Positions 10,950 to 23,800 of a DNA stretch of 64,000 nt are shown piece by piece (positions within the stretch are counted from its first letter, which is position 1; each line of letters opens with the position of its first letter). Origin of the DNA: Alloascoidea hylecoeti (taxonomy: Eukaryota); the NCBI GenBank assembly GCA_001600815.1, contig BCKZ01000012.1, positions 372,001 through 436,000 on the forward strand, in the 5' to 3' direction. Both the position numbers and the translations under genes were made by a program. The notes under the pieces are model-generated. The model ran no database searches, was not told the DNA's origin, and saw only the letters and a program-made list of their open reading frames with translations.

Positions 10950-11934
10950 ATGGATAAGATTCAAGCCTTGGTTGATTTTGGATTTACGTCAGTCAATAAC
11001 ACCACAAACTCTTCGTGGAGGACGGCCCTTTCTGGTGTTTCTGGTTCGACGAGGTAAGTGTTATTCTCTTTTGTTGTTTCTTGTATTTATAAATATTAAT
11101 TTCTTCTTGAATAGTTTGTCTTGTTGGATTGTTTTGTTACTTCCGCAGCTCATCGAGCAATGGAGACTACAGAGTGCTGAAGGAATATCTATAATATTCA
11201 TTTCAATTTGGTTTCTTGGGGATCTGGCTAACCTTATTGGTTCTATTTGGGCCAACCTGTTACCTCAAGTTGTTTTTCTGGCTGTATGGTTTTGTATTGC
11301 CGATGGATTGATGATTGGTTCTTACATTTACTATACTTATGGTCTTCCATCGAAAAAGACACACATCATTTCTCATCAAGATGGCCACATTGGTTCAGAA
11401 ACCGACCCTTTGGTGAGCAGACGAAGATCAAGAAATTCTCGATCTTCTCATGGACCCGGAAGACGAGACTCATTAGCATCGATTGTTGATAAACCCTCGT
11501 TTACCGACTCGCCATTTACGCGATATGTTCTTCCTGTCTCCTTTGTTATTATATGTGGAACTGTTGGGTATTTCATTTCCTCGGGCCAGGAAGAAAGTTC
11601 TGACCCAGAACCAAATAAACCTATTCAAATTGGTCCTCAGATTTTAGGATACATATCTGCTGCTTTATATCTTGGTGCCCGTATTCCACAAATCATTCAA
11701 AACCATCAAAAGAAATCTGTTCATGGTCTCTCCCTTTTGTTTTTTATCTTTTCGACATTTGGAAATCTAACATACGCTGGTCAAATTTTGTTTTACAGTA
11801 CTGAGCCTGAATACATTATTTTGAATCTGTCTTGGCTGTTGGGCTCGTTAGGAACAATATTTGAAGATAGTATCATTTTCTTGCAATTTTTCATTTACAA
11901 AGATAATAGTAGAGATGGTGTTATTACGGAATAA
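10950..11934 (+). CDS. PQ-loop vacuolar cationic amino-acid transporter (Ypq/PQLC2 family); exons 10950-11053, 11115-11934
   Basis: ALSGVSGSTS/LSCWIVLLLPQLIEQW and YLGARIPQIIQN PQ motifs; GTAAGT...TAG intron. Confidence 0.92.
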
Positions 11935-12171
11935 TAGATTATAAAATATAAATACAAACCAACTGATAGATTTTGAATTATTTTGTTTTGCTGATTGATA
12001 TAATTATGCTCTCTATATTTAACCTATAATATAAATGTAGAACTATTGACGTTTAAAACTTTTGCTTGATGAAAAGTATACGTATTACGTAGTTATAGGT
12101 TGTATCTGTCTTTTATCCAACAACACACTTTAAACCTACCACTTCAAAGTCCAACCCAAAATTATATAATA

Positions 12172-12904
12172 ATGAGCGCAAAAACATATATATATTTTGT
12201 TTCCTTAATATCTAGAGATGTGAGTTAACCAGTTTATATATTTTGACTATCAATGAAACTAATAATCATTATAAGAATCGTCCTTTACATATCCAATCAT
12301 CTCTTGACTACGAGAAACAACCTACAGAACCAACACAACCAGTCCCAAAAAAAGAGTCCGCTCCAGTGGTGATACCAGAAGATAAAAAAACAACTTCTCA
12401 AAACAAGGATGTGGAATCAAGTATTCCAGGACCTCAGGAAAGACGAGAATCATTTATGGATGAAGCTCAATCAAACGAATTCTTGAAATATAACTTTCTA
12501 TCTCATATGGCACTTGATGTGTTTCTTTCAAGCTATCATCAAAAAAATCCAGAACAAGAGTATGAATTATTATTTGTTCAAGATGGAATTTCAGTATTTG
12601 GTCTTGTAACAAATTCAGGACTGAAAATTGTAGTTGGAGCATCTGGGCAAGACCTCGTTGGAAATGATATGAAATTGGTATGATTAACTTATTTCTATAC
12701 TCTAAAAAAAAAAGGTACAGTAGTTTAATTAACTTATTCATATTATAGGTTTTCAAAGGTATACAAAGAGCATATATTCGACTAGTTTGCAATCCATTCC
12801 AGGATTTGGATGGGAAGGGTCTAATAAGTAGTCCACGGTTTGTAAGGACAATAGATGAGATCATACAAAAATGGAATGCTAGGGAATCTAGGGATGAACA
12901 ATAG
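12172..12904 (+). CDS. TCA17: TRAPP sedlin-like subunit (Tca17/TRAPPC2L); exons 12172-12219, 12276-12677, 12749-12904
   Basis: FVSLISRD/NRPLHIQ, LKYNFLSHMALDVF, VFGLVTNSGLKIVVG, AYIRLVCNPF; introns GTGAGT..AAG and GTATGA..TAG. Confidence 0.85.
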
Positions 12905-13083
12905 TTGTTAGGCCATCTACTATTTGTATGTAATTCATAATTAATACACTGGTTCAATATTGCAAGTATTTTGTTTATTTCAAAAATAGGTTACATTAAG
13001 AAAATGGAATAAACCTGTTCTATTTGTGTGATATTAAACAAGTGTAACCTAGTATATATTTACACATCTCTATAACAATGTAT

Positions 13084-13467
13084 TTATCGTAAAACAACGT
13101 TGGCACTTCTTAATTCCAAGTATTGTTGATCAACACCGGGTGCCATTCCCTTTATAACATCATAAACCTCCATGTTATAATATCTTAGCCCACTAGCTGG
13201 AGATTTGTATATTCCTGGTAATCCTGTTATATCACAATACCACTTTCGAGGCTTTAAAGACGGTGGGGCTTCAATGTTAAAGTATGTCACACTATTAATT
13301 GAAAGGTTCGTAGTTTCACTTTGTAGTCGGCGTTGTTCATCGGTTAGCATTTGCTTCAAGGTTTTGTGACGGCGACGCGGTGCTCTCCAGTTGGGATTCT
13401 TGAAAGGTCGTGGAGTTTGTGTGAAATCGGCAGTGAAAACGGGATTGTCGGTGCTTTCTATGACCAT
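13084..13467 (-). CDS. IES6: INO80 complex subunit Ies6 (YL1-C domain)
   Basis: TYFNIEAPPSLKP..YCDITGL..Y..P.SGLRY; QYLELRSANVVLR. Confidence 0.95.
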   Translation of the reverse strand: MVIESTDNPVFTADFTQTPRPFKNPNWRAPRRRHKTLKQMLTDEQRRLQSETTNLSINSVTYFNIEAPPSLKPRKWYCDITGLPGIYKSPASGLRYYNMEVYDVIKGMAPGVDQQYLELRSANVVLR

Positions 13468-13653
13468 CGTTGATGTTGATTAGAATAGAGTGGATATAAA
13501 TTTATGAAGGTGGTGAGTTTTATGCACAATAAATACTACCAAACCAAAGAAATTTGATACAAAATGCTTTCTTATAATTATATACTAAAAACAAGTTACT
13601 ATAATTTTTATAATTACTGATTTTTTGAAATATACTCTATAGTGAGATATTTT

Positions 13654-16276
13654 CTATAAAGATACTACATCGCCAACGGTAATATACCCATATTCATTTT
13701 CCAAAACATCTAATCCAACATAAATACCAAAATAAACTCTCCCCTATAAAAATTATATCAAATAATTTTAGTCTTAAAAACAAAAATTAATAGATTATCA
13801 AAAAAAATACTCACATTTTCCTTTCTTGTTTTAGATAAAGCCAAATATATAGCTGAGTTTTTAGTACCAGTTTTAGGATCGATATTAATAACAGAACATC
13901 TCATGCATTTACTGTATACCTAGTTTTAGAGAGAGAGTTACAATTAGTAGTTATAATAAGATTACAATAAAAAGTATAGCTTACTGTGTATAGTTTCCCT
14001 CTTATGTGAAACTTGCTCCATTTTTCTTCATCAAATGGTAAAAGTTCAAACTTTTGATTTGAATTTGATCTGTTTCTGTTTCGTAGTTGTTTTTCATTTT
14101 TCATCCCAACCACTAAATTTGGTCTAAATGAATCAAAAGAAACAGAAACTGATGGTTTTATTTTCATGTTATTTACATATTTGACACTTTCCTCCGAAAC
14201 CAATAATAAAGGAGCTGATTTGGCTCCATCATTAGCAGAAATTGAATAATCTGAGGATATATTTGAAATTTTGGATATTGAACATGGAATACCAATAATT
14301 GAACTAAAATATTCAATGATTTTAAAATTCGTTGAGACATTAATGTTGATTTTGGAAGATCCACAAATACCTTTTCCATTAATTGATAAGTGGTTCATAT
14401 CTGGTTTACCCTCATCCAAGAGATCTAAAGGGATTTCTATCATTTTTTGATCTGTTGGTAATAATTCATCAATATCTTCAATATATTTAACAATGAGTTT
14501 TTTTTCAATTAGATTTATCTCTGGAAAGATTTTCGACATCTTTGGAAATTTTTTTAACCCAACTATCCTATCATTTGTTAAGTCAAGAAGAAAGAAAAGA
14601 CGATCCCATTCTAATCCACCATTTTCCATTTTCCATGATATACCACTTGGAATATCAAAAGCATGGCATGATTTTATTGGAAATATACTTATTGCTTTAA
14701 CAATAATGGGGACATTTTGTTTTTCAATAATCTCATCTAGATCTTGTACTAAATACTTTTGAATTGAATTATAAATATTTAATTTAAATCTTTGAAATTG
14801 ATTATTATTTTGTGATTTTACTGATAATGGATAAATATAATATTCTTCAATTAATTTACAAACAGTGTCAATATCTGATTTTAAATTTATTGCACCAAGA
14901 CTGATTCTGATTGCACCTGTTGGTTTTCCATTTATTACTGCCATTCCATCACCACATACATGTCCCAATTTATGGTATCTTATAATATCTTTATCAGTAT
15001 ATCCGATTGATTTTGAAGCACCTCCTGTATTACATAAAGTTCCCGTTCTAATATTAATACCTTTCAATCTAGCTATTCTTTCGAAATCAGAATAACTAAT
15101 ACATTCACCATTTTCATTTTGTAAATTGAATGAAATTATTGGACCTTGATGATCTTTGGAACTTACTTTGGAACCATCGGTATAAATAACGCAGACTTTT
15201 CTACCATTAGGGTATTCTAAAGATAATAATTGTTGGTATAAATATGTCGTCAATTTAGATAAATGATCCGATAATGCATTAAAAGATTGGTATAAGGATT
15301 TAAAAGTGAGAATTGCAATATTTAAAGCAATTATGGAATGAAATGGTAATGTCCCATCCTCTAAAGATTCATGTAGTCGTTGCTTTCTTGGACAATAATT
15401 CTCATTAATTGTTAAACTTTCAACTGTTCCACCTCCAAAATAATTCCTTTTGGAAAATATATTACCTATTGATTTCCTAATTATTAATGCACCCAAATCT
15501 GGAAAGCCAAACATTTTATAAAATGACATTACAGTAAAATCAGGAGAATTTAATTCATTACTTAGATTTGGAGGAGAAGATGATGATATAGCAGCTGCAT
15601 CAAGTAAAGTATATACCTCATTTCCTAATGATTTAAAAATTACATTCCACTCATGTATTGGAAATTTCTGACCTGTAAAGTTTGATTGAGCAGTCCATGA
15701 TACTAAAGCAGGTTTGAACTTATCAAATTCTAAAGTTTTCAGATCATTTGGTATTTTAAAAGGATTATAAAATGATGTTAATCCTCTCAAACCAATCAAA
15801 GATGTATGATTATCAGCTGAATAATAATAATTCCAGTTTTCTTGAAAATGACTGGTAAAACCCTCTCCGATCAGTTTAACGGCTGCTGTAGTGTTTGCAA
15901 CAAAGACTACATCAAAATAGGTGGGGTCTGCATTCAGTAGATTTAAGATAAGTAATCTTGTTTTATCAATAAGTTTGGTTGTCCGTACTGAAGCTGGTGA
16001 TTTTGAATGTGGGTTACCAAAAGTATTTGAAAGTAACATTTTTGAGTATTCTTCGATTAAAGATTTCGGATAAACCGTTGAGCCTGCATTATCAAGATAT
16101 ATTTCATCTAAGTATATAAATTAAATACTTTGTAAGTTATTTCAATTGATCAAGTATTGGATTAACATTTCCAATTATATTAATTATAAACTAAACTTAC
16201 CATTTAAATGAGGATATTCTTGATTGCGGATTTGCTCAATTAGAAGGTCGTAATTAGGTGTATTTTCACTGGCCAT
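13654..16276 (-). CDS. hxB: Molybdenum cofactor sulfurase (NifS-like + MOSC domains), 4 exons
   Basis: EYPHLN/DEIYLDNAG, FGNPHS, SFYKMFGFPDLGAL, IRTGTLCNTGG, IFPIKSC, FRPNLVV, CMRC, RVYFG. Introns at 16108-16200, about 13920-13984 and about 13744-13814. Confidence 0.92.
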
Positions 16277-16734
16277 ATAGTTTTAATAACAACTCTGTTC
16301 AGATCGATGGATCGGTTTCAACTTGAAAAAAGTCAGAATTTAAAATATTTAAAAACAAAATAGGCGGGGGTGGGATATAAATATAAAATTGATTAGTATA
16401 TAGATATTGATACTTGCTAGTATTTTCGGACAACCCCGAAAATTAATACAATACAATTTATGCAAATTTAAACAATTAATATCATATCAATATGGTGAGG
16501 TTATATCTTTACAGTAGATCACAGCATCATAGCTATATCAATCCAAGGGCCTAAAAATTGCATTATAAGATAAATAGTGAAGTATTTTCAACTCATCATT
16601 ATATAGTTAACGGTTAACGTTCATCGTTTGGTTACTCTACGTTTTAATAGGTACAATCATAAGAAAACATATATTACATTTCTCTTTTATAATTTATTGG
16701 GTCTGTAAGTTTATTAACTCTGAAAATGCTCATT

Positions 16735-16915
16735 TCGGATATCGAGCATGCGTAAGTAGTCTAATATAAAAGTATGGGGTTAGAAAGCCAAAATACCAAC
16801 CACACTCGCTGAGAGTTTGACAGAGGTCAAACCTCAATTATGGCTATACGTATTAGATAGCAGGGTATTTGATAACCAGTGTGAACTTTGTAGCCAAAAA
16901 ACCACTGACAGCTGA
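16735..16915 (+). pseudogene. Possible nuclease-domain fragment of the nuclease-kinase family
   Basis: SDI-x-GLE/(frameshift)AKIP...PQLWLY. The D-to-E spacing (14 residues) equals that of SDF...IEMKIP in the intact gene. Short, by-eye match only. Confidence 0.25.
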
Positions 16916-17530
16916 CCTATCTGTCTCTAATATTAATTTGTTCACACAAAACTTTACCCGGAATTCGCAAGGCTGGTTTGGTTGAAGGCAGTAAAATACA
17001 CATTAAGTTTTATGTATCGATATCCATTATAAAAGAGAATTTTATTCAATAAAATGAAATACAAGATTTGTTAATTATCTGTTATTCCAACAGTAATACT
17101 ATCAATCAGATAGGTGCTTGTATTGAAAGTCAAGGGGGGTGGGGGTGGGCAAGCTCCCTCATGTACTAACACCACCAAATTATCAAACTTGGCATCACGA
17201 CTTTTCAAGACGATCCGGATTAAGCTTCGAACGAGAACGGATAGGTCTTACGTAAATTATAATTAGATGCGGTATACAAAATTTAAAATTGGTGCAAGTT
17301 AGGTATTCCTTTATTGTTTCCATTTTTCTAGAAATCACCGAGTCATAAAATCACCGAGTCTTCCAGGCACCAAATATTTTATAAAATGTATTGTTTAATT
17401 AATTAACTGATACGGCTTGTGTGCAATAAGGTTTACGATGAGATGAGATGAGATGAGAAGAGATGGGGTATACGTAAGATAAGGATTAAGGAGTGAAGTA
17501 TGATTTTATTATAGCTATATATTATCAATT

Positions 17531-18735
17531 CTAATTACCAAGTTTTCCATACACTGACACTCCCATAGTCATGCTGTCATTACTCTTGATTTCTTTCTTA
17601 CTTCTTGTATATGCTGAAACAACTGCCATCTTTAAATTTTCAATGGCTTCATCCGAGGTCTGATGGTGGAATGCCAACCTTGGAGCAGCAACTTTGACGT
17701 TATGTTTTTTTGCTTCCTCGATCAAAATATCCAATGACATTCCATTTTTATCTAAATCCAAGATTATGAAATTTGTGTTTACTGGAACACTAAATTTAAG
17801 ACCAACAGATCCAAAATATTCTGCTACTTTTTTAGTTCTATAATGTGTGAGCTTCATTGTAGGCCATACTTCATCGATTGCTACATTTGCAGCAGCTGCT
17901 AGCATTCCAGCCTGCCGTATTCCACCACCATTTTGTTTCTTAAACCAGTTTGCAGTCTTTAAAAAATCTTTTGTTCCGACCAAAACAGATCCTATAGGTG
18001 CACCCAAACCTTTTGAAATACAAAGTGAAATAGAATCAAAATATCTACAGTATTCTGCAATCGGTATACCAGTAGCAGCTGAAGCATTCCATAATCTAGC
18101 ACCATCAAGATGCATCTTTATATCATGGGAGTGAGCAAATGTACTGATTCTTGCAATTTCTTCAAGTGGCATTATGGTTCCATATAAAGTATTTTCCAAA
18201 GAAATAACCCTAGTTGGAGCTGAATGAATGTTATCGCCAAGACGAATTTTTTTCTTAATATCCTCAAGTGTTATATAAACATCATTACTAGGAATGACAG
18301 TAACCACCATTGCTTGCGATAGAGTGGCTAATCCACCAGCTTCATCACAATAAACATGGGATCGATGATCACACAAAATGGAATGAGGTGGTTGTTTTAA
18401 ATGTGAACGGAGAGCAATTTGGTTTGACAAAGTACCAGAAACACAAAAAAGACCAGCTTCTTTACCAGCAAGGTTTGCAACACGACTTTGAAAATTGTTT
18501 ACAGTTTCATCTTCGTGGTAAACATCATCACCATGTGTAGCAGTTAACATAGCCGCCATCATATTTCTTGTAGGAGTGGTAAATGTATCACCTAAATAAT
18601 AACAAACAAGAAGAACCAAGTAATTAGTATAACAGGATCAACTAATCAGATAATAAACAATGACATACTTCTAAAATCATTATGAGCTGGGCTTTGCCCA
18701 TAGTCGGGAACAGTGTATACATATTGGACTGTCAT
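17531..18735 (-). CDS. GLY1: Low-specificity L-threonine aldolase; exons 18669-18735, 17531-18591
   Basis: HNDFRS/DTFTTPT, SGTLSNQIALR, LENTL, HLDGARLWNA, SLCISKGLGAPIGS; GTATGT..TAG intron. Confidence 0.96.
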
Positions 18736-19649
18736 TTTTTATAAGTGTAAAATCAGTTTTTTTTTCTTTGATTATAAAAGTTTGAATATCTAAGGCAATT
18801 GATAGAAGAAAAGTTTAAAAAGAAAGAAAGGAAGAAGATGGACTTTTCAAAGGTTTTTATATAGGGTTATAATTTTCATGAGGCATATATCATTCTTTGA
18901 TTTTCTGATTGAAAATTGTTAGTCATCCAAGGAATATAGTTAAATTTAATTATAAACTTTTCAAACTTTTAAATTATAATTAACAAGGAGAATTGACTTT
19001 GGGATATTCCACAGACATACAATAACTACTTCCGGATATGATTATTATAAGTTAATTACTTATTAATACTGAAATTTTGTATATGTTAGCTGATCGATTG
19101 ACAGGAGACCATTGCAACGTTAATATTACGCAATTTTCAAGAGCTAGCCACTTTTGTACGTAAATTATTTATATGGGCAGGAATATTATATCATGTATGC
19201 ACATGTATAATTAATGCGACATAAAGCAGGGTAACTTTATGTTTTGAGGTCAAAATTCAAATTTATCAAAGTCAAATTGTTATATCGATCATTTAAATAG
19301 ATAGATTATGACATTAGCTAGTTAGAAAAGCCAGTACTATATGTATACTGATATGAGTGTTGATATAATCTTCTACAGTTGAAAATTATTCAACTATGTA
19401 CTTATAAATACCTATAGCTATGTTTTGCCCGAAAGCCAATTGCAACGCCGTATAACTTTCAGCCATATGCATAACTTATATGCCATTGCAAGAATAAGAG
19501 AATACAAATCAATTGAACGCGAAATATATTGAATAGAGATATATAAAAACTTGCTGTGGTACTGTTTATGCAGTTTTAGTAATCCAAATTAAATTAATGT
19601 TTATGGCATTGCTCGGAATATGTAGCTGGATCTTCATTGATTCTTCTCT

Positions 19650-20750
19650 TCGCTAAGTTAATCTGCCTCCGTCTTTTCCTACTCAATATTTAATATTCGG
19701 CGTGAGAAATTGTGAGAAATTGAATTTTATCCTTGCAATTGATTCATGTTAATATTACGTAAGTTAATCTCAACAAGGATTTGACCATGAATAATCCGGT
19801 CTCAAATTTGGATTTGGGACAGTTTTTTATGAATACAATTTCCGAATTCGCGAAAGTAACAAGTAAAACGTACCCGTGTAAAAATATTTAACGAATTCTA
19901 GATCTGCTTTGTATATAATAATTGTGACTCAATTTGTGAGTCTGTTGTCGAGCTCGCCTTACAATTAACATAAATTATTTTCTCTATCTTAAACTTTCAA
20001 TTCATTAATTAATTATGAACATAATTAACAGTCGTTCTTCGGCCTTAAAAAGAATTCTTTAAATTTGCTCCTCAATTTCATACAGTTTATATTTAACCAA
20101 ATGACATACACACCATAGAACTTATGAAATTAAATGATAATATTCTAATTAACATTAAATTTGAATATAATTGCAATAATATTGATGTTTGACCAACTTA
20201 TTGTTAACATTATATTTATATTGCAATTGTCAATTAACATTTGCGGTGGGTACAGGGAACTAATCCACTAAATCATAGTTAGACTTTGCTCTTTCTTTCA
20301 ATTTTCATGGTTGATTTTTGATTAAGAGAAAGAGATGGTACCAGCTTTTATACACATGTATTTGATCGATTACTTAGATGCAAAGTAAAAATTAAGCTCG
20401 AGTTAAAATTGCTTTATGCTTTATACAATAAGTCATTTTGAAATAAAATATAACAAACTGGTTCACTATATTATAATTAGCAATAGGCTTAACAATATAT
20501 AGCTCATAATATCTGTTTGCAATACCCACGTATTTAGTAACTATGCCATCTTTCTAAAGAGCCTACGGTTAGTATACTACAGAAACATGTATGTATCGTT
20601 TACGTCTAATTCCTTAAACATTTAAATTGGATGATATAACAAACAGTAATTGAATTCTAGAAATGAACTTTGAGTGGGTATAATATATATCGTCTTATAT
20701 GGCTCTTGACCATTTACCTCCTGAATATATATGCGAAATAATCTAAAATT
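19650..20750 (-). pseudogene. Tentative decayed copy of the nuclease-kinase family
   Basis: Ordered fragments IIQFK (about 20625), KYVGI (about 20525), KLYE (20077-20088), NELKV* (19989-20006), GTFYLLL (19854-19874), KLSQI..IIHGQI (19778-19795). Confidence 0.4.
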
Positions 20751-20892
20751 GAGGTCCAAAGTAAATTTCTTTTTATGACAATATGGCTATTCCTAGACAA
20801 GTTTTGTGTAGTGGAGATTTTTTTTCCTGTTCACCTCCATCCATCTTTAAGCTTCATCTTCACTCCCATATTTGTGCTTATTTTCGGGACAG

Positions 20893-23800
20893 ATGATGCT
20901 AGTGGCAGTTATAACATGTATAACTGGGCTAATATGGTTAATATTTCGATTAAGTGGACTATTACGTACCCCCGTACCGGCTCTCATAAAAGAATTAGGG
21001 CTAGACCGGATTGATAAAGTACAGTTATGTCTTAACAAAGTAATATCTGACAAAATAACATTACAATGGAGCACCCCCCGAACATCGATTCATAGATACT
21101 TGATTTGGTTGAACGGTGACTTTATTGGGTTAGTCGATGGATCTGAAACAGGAACATCAATTTCTGGCTTGGTCCCTGATACAAAGTACGTCCTTGAAAT
21201 GGCAGCGCTTTCTTCAAGTGGGCTCGCGTCTCAAAAATCAAGGCTATTGGTTCATACACCAACCAAAAATATGACCATTTTATCAGCTGGAATTACGCGG
21301 ATTCGATCAAATAGTAATCTTCGTATTAACAATACTCCTGCAAATATGACATTGAAAGATCAATCAGAAATAGATGAGCTTAGATATAATCTTGAATGTT
21401 CACAACAAGAATTACGTGATATTCGTGCACAACAAGAACAGGTTGAAGAAAACTTTTCAAATGAACGTCAGATATTAATGAATGAAAGGGATGAACTTCG
21501 AAAGAGTAAAAAAGCAGAAGATGACAACCGACAATCTACAAAACAAGAAACCAAAGTTTTAGAAGAGTCGAGACGATTAAATGAAGCTCGAAAGGCAAAA
21601 ACAGATGCTTTAAAAGCAGCAAAGGAAGAATCAATTGAAAGAATGAAGAAGGATATTACTGCTTGGACAGAAAATATGGAAAAAGCAAAGTTGAGAATTA
21701 AAGAGTTAGCAAAATTAGAAAATGATTATAATACTGAATCAAAAGAGAAAGCTGAAATACTGAAGGCAGATATATCAGATCTACAGAAACGAATTTCTCA
21801 GATCGATGACTCAAATAGAAATCTATCATACCACCGAAAGAAACTAGAAGCTGTCAAAACCAAGGTCCTTGAAATTTTAAATTTAATTATTAAAAATACT
21901 GATATACAATCGGCGCTAACACCTGTCACATATATTACTCAAATTAACTCGATCGAAAATGAATTATTAGATCACCTACCTAAAGATTGGTTAACATCGA
22001 TCATCTCAGAGATAATGACTGATAATCAACTAGAAGATGAGTGGCAAACGACACAAAAGGCAGAAGGATCACATTGTTTTCAGGCAAACGAACAGTATAA
22101 TCTGGCTATTACCGAATATCATGAAATACATCAGAAGTATGGAAACTTATACTCAAAGATAAAAGATGAAATTGGAACTTCTAGGGATATGGCAAGACAG
22201 ACGATGGCAAGTCTTGGTAATCCTAGACATTCACCTAGTAGTTCTAGTAGTCATGGAAATAACTTGTATCCTTCATTTAGTAGACCAAGAACAGACTCTT
22301 TACCACAGTCTTTCGGTTTACGACATGCACCATTTCATTCATCATCTCAACAGTTTATTAATAGCAGTACACAATCCTTAAATATATCACCATATCCACC
22401 ATCAGTTGGATTAAGAACTGGTACAGCAGGATCTGGATACAGTCCTGCTCAACCATCACCTAATTTAAATCACCAAGCATCCATAAATTCTTTATATTCG
22501 GGTATATCCCCATCTTCTCAACATAACCTACTAAAAACAAATTCCGGCGGCGAAATACCTGTAGATATGCTACTTCCCTCTGATCTTATAACTGAAGAAA
22601 TTGAAAATATAGATCAATTTTCACCTTTCTTTCATGCAGATTCGTCGAATCAAATCTCCAACAGTGGGACATTTCATAACTCTAGCGTTAATAACCATGG
22701 TTTCAACTATACTCCATCAATAATCAGCTCTCATAATGGACCCTTTAACCCCGAAAGCATGATACCTTCGTTGGGAGTAGGGTATGGAAGACCTGATTCT
22801 ATCACTAATAACGTTAGCATTGGAGATACCTCTTCAAGTAATCTTAGATCTTCATTTGACAGAGATCCTTTTGGAGACATGTTGAATAATAGCACAAACC
22901 TTAGATCTAGAGAAAACAGCAGAGGTGGAAGTTTTGATGACCCCACTAATACCAATTCTGACATCATATCATCCCCGGATCCGTTACTTTCTACATTTGA
23001 ATCTACAGGTGTAACCAATTCTGAACTAACACCACCACCAGTTCGAAGATTCTCAACTATGTTTGGTTTTCCCAGAAGAGGCCCCCGAAATCATAGCAAT
23101 GTAAATAACACAAATGTAAATGATGAAACGAATAATAAAACAAATAGAATAACTGGGAGTCGTTTCTTATTTGCTAGAAGGAATAACAATACTAATCATA
23201 ATGATAATAATACTAATAATGAACGCTACCTTGGTGATATTAATATTACACCGTCTGTTTCTAATCATCTGGATCATTTAAGTACATTTAATCCAAATAT
23301 TATTGGTACTTCTGACCCAGCAAATTTAAATACTCGGAACCGAAGCAGTAGCTACTCGAGCGCTTATAGCACTAATTCTACTTCATTTGCGATTGGCATG
23401 CAACCTTACAATCCAAGTAGTAGCAGCATTTGGAATCATTCGACTCGTGGGTCATCTTCCCTAAATCACCATGGTAGTCTCAATGGAAATGGAATTGAAA
23501 ATGAAGATGGAAATAAAAATAAAAATAAAACTGAAACTGAAACTGAAACTGAAACTGAGAATGAAAATGGAGGCGAAAACAGAAATACAAATGGGAATAA
23601 ATCTCGTTTATTCCACTCTCCTAGATCATTCAATGGACTATATGCTAATGATAGAGTTGATTGGCAATATAATGAGCATGTAACTCCAGATAACTCGGTC
23701 CCCGCATCATCCATAGTTGGTTTACAGATGCCCACCAATAGTAACGTAATAGATGAATACACGAAAATTCAACAAACAGCTCCAACCCCTCAGGTCAATA

